Shown here: piece by piece, positions 25,005-33,249 of the stretch
Layout of the letters: the number at the start of each line of letters is the position of its first letter
Position numbering within the stretch: the stretch's first letter is position 1
IMG/VR virus record: IMGVR_UViG_3300032329_000033
Span: 1-34,960 of that record
Length of the DNA stretch: 34,960 nt
Reading direction: 5' to 3' (one strand)
From: a virus
Taxonomy: Duplodnaviria; Caudoviricetes
Notes under the pieces: model-generated
Databases searched by the model: none
Seen by the model: only the letters and a program-made list of their open reading frames with translations
Told to the model about the DNA's origin: nothing
Program-made: the position numbers and the translations under genes

Positions 25005-26137
25005 TGGCCGCAACCAATTACACCCCAATATCGCTGTACTACAGCACCACTGCGTCAGCGGTTCCACTAAACACCAATTTGGTTGCAGGTGAGCTTGCGC
25101 TTAATACGTTGGATGAAAAGCTGTACTTCAAAAATAGTGCAGGTACGGTTAAATTGCTGGCCTCAAATGCTGGAGCTTCTGGATCGGTTACTTCGGTTGC
25201 CGCTTCTGTACCTGCGTTTTTGTCAATTGCTGGTTCGCCAATTACAACCAGTGGAACATTGGCAATCACCTATTCTGGCACTGCTCTTCCTGTGGCAAAC
25301 GGCGGTACTGGTCAAACAACAGCCTCTGCCGCATTTAATGCTTTATCACCAATCACTACAACTGGTGATTTGATCATCGGTAATGGAACAAATAGCGCAA
25401 CAAGACTTGCAATTGGCGCAAACGGTTATGTTCTGACTTCCAACGGTACGACTGCAACTTGGTCGGCCAGCACTGGTGGTGTAACGTCTTTCAGTGCAGG
25501 CTCAACTGGACTTACTCCAAGCACTGGAACAACTGGTGCGGTGACATTGGCTGGTACTCTTGCGGTTGCCAACGGCGGTACAGGATTGACCACAACGCCT
25601 GCAAACGGTGCTTTGGACATTGGTAACGGTACAGGATTTACCAGAAGCACATTGACGGCTGGTAGCGGAATCACCATCACCAACGGATCAGGAACCATCA
25701 CAATCGCTTCTAGTGGTTCTTTGCCATCACAGACAGGTAACGCTGGCAAGTATTTGACTACTGACGGAACTACAGCATCTTGGGCGGTTATTAGCGGCGC
25801 TCTTGCTACCCCAACATTATCACCATCGACAACCACTCCAACAGGTGGTTCAACGATGACAATAACGATCAGTAACTACAATAGTTCCTATACTTACATT
25901 ATTGCGGTACAAGCAGGTTCGTATACATTCAACACATCTTCTGGTGTTATCAGTTGGACGGTTCCCAATGTGTCTTCAGTTACAAGTTACAACTGTACAG
26001 TGCAGGCTACATACTCAGGAACAGCAAGTGTTGTGGCGACACAAACAGTCAGTGTTCAAACTTCATTGATTACAGACACTGCAATTGCTATTACTAACTT
26101 CGCTGTGTACTCACTCAACAATGGATGGGCAATCTAA
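25004..26137 (+). CDS. Tail fibre protein with Mtd-N-like N-terminus (377 aa)
   Basis: P...LVAGELALNTLDEKLYFKN; LPVANGGTG repeats; LPSQTGNAGKYLTTDGT..SW. Confidence 0.8.
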   Translation: MAATNYTPISLYYSTTASAVPLNTNLVAGELALNTLDEKLYFKNSAGTVKLLASNAGASGSVTSVAASVPAFLSIAGSPITTSGTLAITYSGTALPVANGGTGQTTASAAFNALSPITTTGDLIIGNGTNSATRLAIGANGYVLTSNGTTATWSASTGGVTSFSAGSTGLTPSTGTTGAVTLAGTLAVANGGTGLTTTPANGALDIGNGTGFTRSTLTAGSGITITNGSGTITIASSGSLPSQTGNAGKYLTTDGTTASWAVISGALATPTLSPSTTTPTGGSTMTITISNYNSSYTYIIAVQAGSYTFNTSSGVISWTVPNVSSVTSYNCTVQATYSGTASVVATQTVSVQTSLITDTAIAITNFAVYSLNNGWAI

Positions 26138-28651
26138 ATGCAATCGAATAAATCACTAGCCATATGGGCAAGCCAAACATATTCACAAACTGGTGGTGTT
26201 AACAATTGGACGCAATATCAGTTGTCATTACTTGGCACGTCAAATAAATTTAACGTGTATAGCGCAGGGTCTTCGTCCACCGTTTTATCCATATATGACG
26301 CATACAACTTTTATGGTACTGCCGCAAATGCTGGCGACACCATGTTGTTAAGTACGAACGGGACTTCTTTCACAAGCGGAACTTTAGGTGCTAGGACTAT
26401 TACCGCACCACCTATGACAATTACTTCTGGGGCTTTTACCACAACATCCATTTATGTGGGGCAATCTCCTTATTATTTTGTAAAACCTGATGGCACAAAG
26501 TTTTGGCAACAAAATGGATCAAACTTAGTATATGAGTTCAACGTAGCAACTCCTTATGACTTGAGTACCGCAACCAGAACCAGTCGAACTTTTGTTTTAA
26601 CCTATACTAAACCTTTTTGTTTTTCTGCTGATGGCACTACTTTATTTACATACTCTGGCGCAGTTATCAATTCATATGCGCTTGGTACAGCATGGGATAT
26701 AACAACTATATCTGCTTACCCCAATGGCACTTGTACTATCACCATTCCAACAACAACAAATTGGGTTGCGGGAGCAACAAATATTTCGTCAATGCGGTTT
26801 AGTCCAGACGGAACGAAATTACTTTTGCAAAATGGTAACCCAACATATGGTAATGCTTGTTCTGGTAATTGGGCTTTATGGACGCTTTCAGTACCTTGGG
26901 TATTAGGCAGTCTAGTTTCCGCAACAACCACAAACGCAACAACTTACAACTATAACCCCGGCGGTAGTTATGGAATGATGATGGGTTCAGAGTTTGCTCC
27001 TGATGGCAGAAGTAATTTTGTTTGCACTGGGGCTTATGGATCGCCAAATTGTGACAATAGTTATTTTTATCTTTACGCTACAACATTTGGCACCGCATGG
27101 AATTTAACTACATGGGCAAACCCTAATGCTGGTGCCGCTCTTTCTGCACTTTCTCAACCAAATCGGCAACAAAACAATGGAGTCACTTGTTTTAACGCAA
27201 CTGGAACCTCTATAAATTACATTGGGTATAATACTAGCAGTTCGTCCTATGTTAGAACATGGACTTGCGATTATTGGAATAAATACAACTTCAACATATC
27301 AGGATACTCGCTTGGTGCAACGCCAACAGCCGCGTACTATGCGGCTCCTACAGTGCGAGTGGATGCGCAGACAACTGCGGCTCGTGTGAACTTGTTTGAC
27401 TACCAAGTCTACATGGCATCATCAAGCACAACTCAGGCTGTGGTGTACAAGCCGTCCGCTGGCTATATTGCCGCTGGCGACACATTGTCTTTAAATGGCA
27501 CAACCACCGTGACTACAAGCGCGGTCACTGAAGGTTCTACTGGCGCTGTCGCGGCTGTGCCAATCTACACAGCAGGTAACCGTTCATATGCAAATAAGAA
27601 TTACACTTTTCCATCAAGCAGTAGCGGAACCAATTGTGTGCGGTTTTCTGCGGATGGTTCGCAGGTGTTTGCTTTGTTGGTGGCTGGTATGCCCTACGGC
27701 ATCGGTATATACCAATTCAATCTAAGTACGCCTTGGGACATTAGCACCGCTACATTTGGCACTATGGTGTTGCCTATGACCATTGCGTCTAGCACTTATG
27801 CGTCATTTGATTTCAGTGCAGATGGATTTCGCCTTATCACTTGGGGAATGTATATAACGGGTTCTAGTGTGCCAACAACATCCGGTTCGGGCTATGTGTA
27901 CGATCACACATTGTCGCAATCGTTCAATATCGGTACAGCAACATATGTCGGTGCATTTGCGACAAGCCTTGATCTGGCGACATACTTTTTTACTGGAATC
28001 AGATTTACTCCTAATGGTCAACAAGTATTGTATGTTTACAACGACTCCTCAAACTACTACGTCAGATATTCCGCGCTAGGAACAGCGTACCGCATTCAGA
28101 CATCTGGTTCTGTTACTTCTTGGAGTAGCACTGCTTCTGCTGTGATATATGAAGCACTTCTTACACCAGACGGTTTAAACATTGTCACGTTGGGTGGTAC
28201 AACAACCTCAAATACGTTAGGTACTGCTAACAGTATGGCTACGGCAACGACGACAAACAACATCGGTACCGCAACCAATAAATGGACTTGGCCGACTGGA
28301 ACCGTAACATCAACAGCAAATTGTGTTACTGGCTACTTTAGTCCTGATGGGACGAAGTTCTATGTTAGTAGCGGTATTTCAAATAATGCGGTGTTATGGC
28401 AAATGAATGTTATGGTTATTCCACAGACTTCATACACTTGCACGTTCCCAACACAAGGTGCGGCGCCTACATCTGTGGTGGTTCCTGATAGAAGCGTTTC
28501 ACAAACCATCTCAACTACACTGTCTAGTGGCGTGATGACATTTGCCGCATCCGCTGTTGGCACAAATGCTAGAGGGATTGCATTAAAAATTACAAGCCCA
28601 CAAATAAATACATCAATCACAAATGCTACTTTAAGTATGTGGCGCAGTTAA
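26138..28651 (+). CDS. Putative receptor-binding protein with beta-propeller repeats (837 aa)
   Basis: About nine [F]x[P/A]DG...(L/G)(S/T)xxWDI blade repeats; follows the fibre genes. Confidence 0.75.
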   Translation: MQSNKSLAIWASQTYSQTGGVNNWTQYQLSLLGTSNKFNVYSAGSSSTVLSIYDAYNFYGTAANAGDTMLLSTNGTSFTSGTLGARTITAPPMTITSGAFTTTSIYVGQSPYYFVKPDGTKFWQQNGSNLVYEFNVATPYDLSTATRTSRTFVLTYTKPFCFSADGTTLFTYSGAVINSYALGTAWDITTISAYPNGTCTITIPTTTNWVAGATNISSMRFSPDGTKLLLQNGNPTYGNACSGNWALWTLSVPWVLGSLVSATTTNATTYNYNPGGSYGMMMGSEFAPDGRSNFVCTGAYGSPNCDNSYFYLYATTFGTAWNLTTWANPNAGAALSALSQPNRQQNNGVTCFNATGTSINYIGYNTSSSSYVRTWTCDYWNKYNFNISGYSLGATPTAAYYAAPTVRVDAQTTAARVNLFDYQVYMASSSTTQAVVYKPSAGYIAAGDTLSLNGTTTVTTSAVTEGSTGAVAAVPIYTAGNRSYANKNYTFPSSSSGTNCVRFSADGSQVFALLVAGMPYGIGIYQFNLSTPWDISTATFGTMVLPMTIASSTYASFDFSADGFRLITWGMYITGSSVPTTSGSGYVYDHTLSQSFNIGTATYVGAFATSLDLATYFFTGIRFTPNGQQVLYVYNDSSNYYVRYSALGTAYRIQTSGSVTSWSSTASAVIYEALLTPDGLNIVTLGGTTTSNTLGTANSMATATTTNNIGTATNKWTWPTGTVTSTANCVTGYFSPDGTKFYVSSGISNNAVLWQMNVMVIPQTSYTCTFPTQGAAPTSVVVPDRSVSQTISTTLSSGVMTFAASAVGTNARGIALKITSPQINTSITNATLSMWRS

Positions 28652-28661
28652 GGAATAATAA

Positions 28662-28997
28662 ATGGAATACGCACATTTAATTTCATCAGAAGAGCATCAA
28701 GATCGCGGTGTAAACCGCAACTACCACGCCGCAGGTGTTGGATTTGGTTTTACTGAACACAACCACCCTTGGTCGCACACAATTACTTGTACTAAAGGTT
28801 CTTTGAAAATAACTGTCGATGGTGTTGATACAACCATCACAACTTCTTCTGAAACATTTGTTTTTCCAGAAAAATTATTGCATTCAGTTGAAATTATGGA
28901 AGACGGTACTGAGTTCTATACTGAACACCCCCTTGATTTAACGCCCTATACAGGCATTTATTTGGAGCAAAACAATGCAACTGAACCTACCAATTGA
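28662..28997 (+). CDS. Cupin-fold protein
   Basis: EHNHPWSH...KGSL.I...F.FP....H.VE...DGT.F; AAGGA RBS. Confidence 0.75.
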   Translation: MEYAHLISSEEHQDRGVNRNYHAAGVGFGFTEHNHPWSHTITCTKGSLKITVDGVDTTITTSSETFVFPEKLLHSVEIMEDGTEFYTEHPLDLTPYTGIYLEQNNATEPTN

Positions 28998-29136
28998 AAC
29001 AGTTAATCAAGTTCTTGGTTATCTTGGAACACGCCCATATCAAGAGGTGTATTCCTTAATCCAAGCCATTCAAGAAGCCGCAAAACCAAAAGAGGTGTCA
29101 AATGGCAACCAAGTGGATACAGAAAGCAATCAGTAA
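28975..29136 (+). CDS. Small helical protein, possible tail-fibre chaperone (53 aa)
   Basis: GGAG RBS; MQLNLPIETVNQVLGYLGTRPYQEVYSLIQAIQ. Not in the ORF track. Confidence 0.75.
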   Translation: MQLNLPIETVNQVLGYLGTRPYQEVYSLIQAIQEAAKPKEVSNGNQVDTESNQ

Positions 29137-29275
29137 ACCCGGCGCTTTGAAGAAAGCCCTTGGCGTTCCTGCTGACAAAAAGATACCTGCTTCCAAATTG
29201 TCGGTGAAGTCTACTGACTCGCCAAAAATGGCTAAACGCAAAACCTTGGCAAAAACATTGCGGGGGTTCGATTGA
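29102..29275 (+). CDS. Small very basic protein (57 aa)
   Basis: GAGGTG RBS; MATKWIQKAISKPGALKKALGVPADKKIP...LAKTL. Not in the ORF track. Confidence 0.75.
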   Translation: MATKWIQKAISKPGALKKALGVPADKKIPASKLSVKSTDSPKMAKRKTLAKTLRGFD

Positions 29276-29276
29276 A

Positions 29277-29492
29277 ATGGGCGATGTTCACGAATTGGCT
29301 TCGGAGACCGACAAACGATTGAGTGTCCACGAGGCAATCTGCGCACAGCGTTATGAGAGCATCCAAAATCGCTTTGACGAAGGCTCAAAGCGCATGAACA
29401 GGATTGAGTACCTGCTGTATGGGGTGATTGCCTGCGTTTTGTTTGGCCCCGGTGTTGCGGCGGAATTTGTAAAAAAGGTTTTGGGGCTGTAA
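29277..29492 (+). CDS. Small coiled-coil + TM protein (XhlA-like, lysis region)
   Basis: LSVHEAICAQRYESI...RIEYLLYGVIACVLFG. Confidence 0.7.
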   Translation: MGDVHELASETDKRLSVHEAICAQRYESIQNRFDEGSKRMNRIEYLLYGVIACVLFGPGVAAEFVKKVLGL

Positions 29493-29496
29493 CGAT

Positions 29497-30024
29497 GTGG
29501 AACCCATCACGCTGGCGCTTACCGCTATTGCTGGAATCAAGCAGGGCATTGCACTGTATAAGGACGCAAAGGCTACAGGCTCAGACCTTTACAAGGTAAC
29601 CAAGGAGATTTCAGGATTCATTGGGCAATTTTTTGATGCCCATGAAGAGGTAAAAAAAGAAGTTAAACGCAATGAGTTAAATCCGCCAAAAGAAAAATCA
29701 CTCAAGGCGCAGGCTTTAGAGAATGTGTTTAACCAGATTGAACTTGAGCGACAGGCAGTTGAGATGCGTGAGTATTTGATTTACCACACAGACCCAGCGT
29801 TAGGTGCAGTTTGGTCAAGATACGAAGTGGAATTTAAAAAGCTTGCAAAAAAACATGATGAAGAAATTAAGCAAGAGGCTATAGCAGAACGGAACAGAAA
29901 ATGGCAACGTCAAAAGCGGCTCAACAAACTAGCGGACGAGGCGTTAATTTTGGGGGCAGTTCTAGTAGTAGTTTTGGAGATGTGGGGGCTGATGTACCTA
30001 ATTCGTCAGAGTCGGGATACATAG
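29497..30024 (+). CDS. Coiled-coil membrane protein (175 aa)
   Basis: GTG start; hydrophobic N-terminus, helical core, C-terminal TM. Confidence 0.7.
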   Translation: MEPITLALTAIAGIKQGIALYKDAKATGSDLYKVTKEISGFIGQFFDAHEEVKKEVKRNELNPPKEKSLKAQALENVFNQIELERQAVEMREYLIYHTDPALGAVWSRYEVEFKKLAKKHDEEIKQEAIAERNRKWQRQKRLNKLADEALILGAVLVVVLEMWGLMYLIRQSRDT

Positions 30025-30179
30025 CAGTTGTTGTTTTGCTGACGGTTTTGTTTTGCCTATTGTTGCCAATGCTGGGAATTTTGTATTTTGACACCCTTAC
30101 GATACAAAAGAAGGCGGAGCGTACTGAGGCTAGGATTGAAAAGTTAGTAAAAAGCTTGGAAGAAAAGGATAAAAAATGA
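29901..30179 (+). CDS. Overlapping TM + coiled-coil protein (start uncertain)
   Basis: YIAVVVLLTVLFCLLLPMLGILYF TM then a charged helix; ATGA overlap with the next gene. Confidence 0.55.
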   Translation: MATSKAAQQTSGRGVNFGGSSSSSFGDVGADVPNSSESGYIAVVVLLTVLFCLLLPMLGILYFDTLTIQKKAERTEARIEKLVKSLEEKDKK

Positions 30180-30529
30180 GCGAAGAAAAAATTCAAGCAA
30201 TGGAAAGCAAAAGCCAGTTGATTGAAAAAATTACGTTTGCTTTGTTGCCCTTATTGTTTTCTTGCGTTGTCTACCTTATGTCTGCGCTGTCTAATCTAGC
30301 CCATGAGGTCACCATCCTTAACAGCAAAATCAGCTTAGTGGTGACTTCGGACAACAAGCAGGCCAGCAACACAGGCGCTGAGTTGGCAAGAGAAAAATTG
30401 CGTCAGGACTTGGAAAAAGAAATTCAACGCAACCGTGACCAGATTGCAGAGAACCGAATGCACATTGCTATTTTGGAAGAAAAAACCGTAGTCAGCAAAC
30501 CGATAAAAACTTTGACAGGAAAGGACTAA
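30176..30529 (+). CDS. TM + coiled-coil protein (117 aa)
   Basis: ITFALLPLLFSCVVYLM TM; AAGGA RBS. Confidence 0.7.
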   Translation: MSEEKIQAMESKSQLIEKITFALLPLLFSCVVYLMSALSNLAHEVTILNSKISLVVTSDNKQASNTGAELAREKLRQDLEKEIQRNRDQIAENRMHIAILEEKTVVSKPIKTLTGKD

Positions 30530-30530
30530 C

Positions 30531-31040
30531 ATGATTCCAATAGTTGCATCCCTACTTGGTAGCCTTGCCCAAAACGGCCTTACCTTGCTTTCCAGCGCCA
30601 TCCAAGCCAAAGGCAAAGAGGTGGTAGAGAACACCCTTGGCGTAAAGATTCCAGATAACCCAACCCCTGAAGATGTCTCTAAGCTACGTCAACTACAGTT
30701 TGACCATGAAGAGCGGTTGCTTGAACTGGGAATTGAAAAAGCCAAGATGGAGTTGGCTGAGTTGGACTTGTTGGCAAAAGCCGCCCAGAACGATGCTGAC
30801 AACATCACAGACCGCTGGCAAGCGGATATGTCATCTGACTCTTGGCTGTCTAAGAATATCCGTCCTATGAGCCTTATAGCCATCTTCTTGGGGTATTTCC
30901 TGTTTGCCATGATGTCTGCCTACGGATTAAACGCAAATGAGTCCTATGTTACCCTGCTGGGGAATTGGGGGATGTTGATCATGGGGGCGTATTTTGGCGG
31001 TCGCACGGTCGAGAAACTGGCAGAAATGAGGAAGAAATGA
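30531..31040 (+). CDS. Holin (GTA-type 3TM holin family)
   Basis: RWQADMSSDSWLSKNIRP, two C-terminal TMs, AYFGGRTVEK; directly before the endolysin. Confidence 0.85.
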   Translation: MIPIVASLLGSLAQNGLTLLSSAIQAKGKEVVENTLGVKIPDNPTPEDVSKLRQLQFDHEERLLELGIEKAKMELAELDLLAKAAQNDADNITDRWQADMSSDSWLSKNIRPMSLIAIFLGYFLFAMMSAYGLNANESYVTLLGNWGMLIMGAYFGGRTVEKLAEMRKK

Positions 31041-31378
31041 GCTTAAACACCGAACAAGCCGCATTCCTGCTGGATGCCTGCAAACTGATTCAATACGCCA
31101 CTGACCAAGGTTTTGTGGTGACTGGTGGTGAATTGGCTCGAACTCCCGAACAGCAAGCCATCTACGTCAAGACTGGGCGCTCGAAAACCCTTAACTCTAT
31201 TCACCTTAAAAGGTGTGCTATTGACTTGAATTTCTTTAAGGATGGGCAGATAATATGGGACAAGGGCATCCTTGCGCCATTGGGTGCTTACTGGGAGACT
31301 TTGAACCCCAAAAACCGCTGGGGCGGAAACTTCAAGTCGCTAGTGGATTGTCCTCACTTTGAACGAAACGTGGGGTAA
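31037..31378 (+). CDS. Endolysin, peptidase M15 family
   Basis: RTPEQQ, SIHLKRCAIDL (S-x-H...D zinc ligands), WGGNF, DCPHFE; ATG 31037 overlaps the holin stop. Confidence 0.9.
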   Translation: MSLNTEQAAFLLDACKLIQYATDQGFVVTGGELARTPEQQAIYVKTGRSKTLNSIHLKRCAIDLNFFKDGQIIWDKGILAPLGAYWETLNPKNRWGGNFKSLVDCPHFERNVG

Positions 31379-31381
31379 AGC

Positions 31382-32017
31382 ATGACAGCCGCATCGGTAA
31401 TGACCTATGACTCCCTCGTGGAGAACATTCAGTCCTATTTGAACAGAACGGATACGGCGACCCTCGAAAAGATTCCCCTTTTTATTATGCTGGCCGAGCA
31501 GATCATTGCCAGCCAGATCAAGTTTTTGGGCAACCTGACGGTCAACACCAGCACAATGGTGGTGGGTCAGCCCATTATTGATAAGCCCGCTAGATGGCAT
31601 AAAACTGTGTCTATGAACGTCACGGTGGATGGAGAGCATCAGCCTGTCCTGTTACGCAAATATGAGTATTTGCGGGAGTATTGGCCTGACGCTACAGCCA
31701 AGGGTATACCCGCATACTACGGAGACTACGATTACACACACTGGCTTGTAGCTCCAACGCCTGACGTAGCCTACACTTTCGAGGTTTTATATTACGAGCG
31801 AATTCAGCCGCTTGATAGTAGCAATCAAACAAACTGGTTCACCATTTACGCCCCGCAGGCGTTGTTGTACGGATCGCTTTTGCAAGCTATGCCGTTCCTT
31901 AAAAACGATGAGCGTTCGCCAATGTGGCAAGCGCATTACGATCAAATTATGCAGACCCTCAAACAAGAGGACATCCAGCGTATTGGTGATCGTCAAGCCT
32001 CAGTATTGGATACATAA
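31382..32017 (+). CDS. Tail adaptor / tubular protein (211 aa)
   Basis: MTYDSL...IQSYL.R...IP.FI.LAE; G.P.YY; .PTPD.AY..E..YY; LLYGSL..A..FLK. Confidence 0.75.
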   Translation: MTAASVMTYDSLVENIQSYLNRTDTATLEKIPLFIMLAEQIIASQIKFLGNLTVNTSTMVVGQPIIDKPARWHKTVSMNVTVDGEHQPVLLRKYEYLREYWPDATAKGIPAYYGDYDYTHWLVAPTPDVAYTFEVLYYERIQPLDSSNQTNWFTIYAPQALLYGSLLQAMPFLKNDERSPMWQAHYDQIMQTLKQEDIQRIGDRQASVLDT

Positions 32018-33249
32018 TGAGTTACAACAGCCCGTTTACTGGCAACGTCATCCAGCCAACTGACGTATCGTATCGTCGCATCATTCTGACGAATGATTTG
32101 CAATTGACATGGCCCATCAACGGAACAACTACTGATGATGCCGCCGCTCGAATCATGGAGGTGTCAACCACCACCACAGCAAACGAGTTGTGGATGCCTC
32201 CTGCCAATCAAGCATCGGTAGGTCAAGACGCATTGATCCGCAATGTAGGGTCTGTTTCTCTAACGGTTAAAGATTTTACTGGCGCAAACACCATTGTCAC
32301 GGTTGCCGCTGGTCAGGCGCAGTACATCTACATCACCACAAATGCCACTACATTTGGTACTTGGGGAATCATTGCTTATGGTATTGGTTCTTCGGGTGCA
32401 GATGCCGCAACCTTGGCTGGTTATGGATTGCTTGCTATTGGTCAGACGTTGAATCAAAGTCAGCCAGTCACCACGTTTTCAAGCAATTACACAGCGGTAG
32501 CGGCAGACCGATCCAATACTTATGTGTGGACAGGTGGCGCTGGGACAATTACTTTGACGCTGGCTTCAACGCTGGGCGACAACTGGTTTATGTTTTTGCG
32601 TAACAGCGGAACTGGCGCTTTGACTGTAGCCTGTTCTGGTGGCAACACAATCAACGCTTCGTCAACCATTGCTTTACAGCCAAGCGACTCTTGCATCATT
32701 GTTTGTAGCGGTACAACTTTCTACACGGTTGGTCTTGGTAAATCTACGCAATTTGCGTTTACTCAATTGTCAAAAGCTGTAAGCACTGGCACATATACGT
32801 TGACGGCTTCAGAGGCTTCTAACGTAATCCAAAAGTACACAGGCGCGTTGAGCGGAAACGTCACAATCATTGTGCCGTCAACCGTGCAGGTTTATTACAT
32901 TTTGAACGAGACTTCTGGCGCATACACTGTAACCATCTCTACAGGCTCTGGTGGCACGGCTGTGCTGACTGCTGGTAGCCAAGCAACACTGGTTTGCGAC
33001 TCGGTTAATTTGTACAACGCCAACACAATTCTGGCTGGCTCTTCATCTATTAGCTTGAGCAGTGGCTCTGTTGGTGCGCCTTCATTGAACTTTGCGGCAG
33101 AGACAACAACTGGTGTTTATCGTGCCGCTTCTGGCGAGTTTGATATTGCAATTCTTGGCGTGAACCTTTTTGCTTTAACGGCAACTGGATTGCAGATTAA
33201 CGGCACGGGAACCTTTACTGGCGGAATATCTGGCGGAGTATTTACATGA
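32017..33249 (+). CDS. Tail-associated structural protein (410 aa)
   Basis: TAATG coupling; beta-rich; GS..APSLNF...TTTG.Y motif; ends SGGVFT. Confidence 0.75.
   Translation: MSYNSPFTGNVIQPTDVSYRRIILTNDLQLTWPINGTTTDDAAARIMEVSTTTTANELWMPPANQASVGQDALIRNVGSVSLTVKDFTGANTIVTVAAGQAQYIYITTNATTFGTWGIIAYGIGSSGADAATLAGYGLLAIGQTLNQSQPVTTFSSNYTAVAADRSNTYVWTGGAGTITLTLASTLGDNWFMFLRNSGTGALTVACSGGNTINASSTIALQPSDSCIIVCSGTTFYTVGLGKSTQFAFTQLSKAVSTGTYTLTASEASNVIQKYTGALSGNVTIIVPSTVQVYYILNETSGAYTVTISTGSGGTAVLTAGSQATLVCDSVNLYNANTILAGSSSISLSSGSVGAPSLNFAAETTTGVYRAASGEFDIAILGVNLFALTATGLQINGTGTFTGGISGGVFT

Noticed and set aside
22581-26137. VANGG/NGGTG repeats in tail fibres as members of the GG-tag system
   Set aside because: They are typical fibre-shaft repeats in Thr/Ser-rich context and lack the flanking basic residues; not counted.
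22581-28651. Diversity-generating retroelement or invertase-based fibre switching
   Set aside because: No reverse transcriptase, invertase, or adenine-specific template/variable repeat pair was seen; the repeats are protein-level with synonymous divergence.
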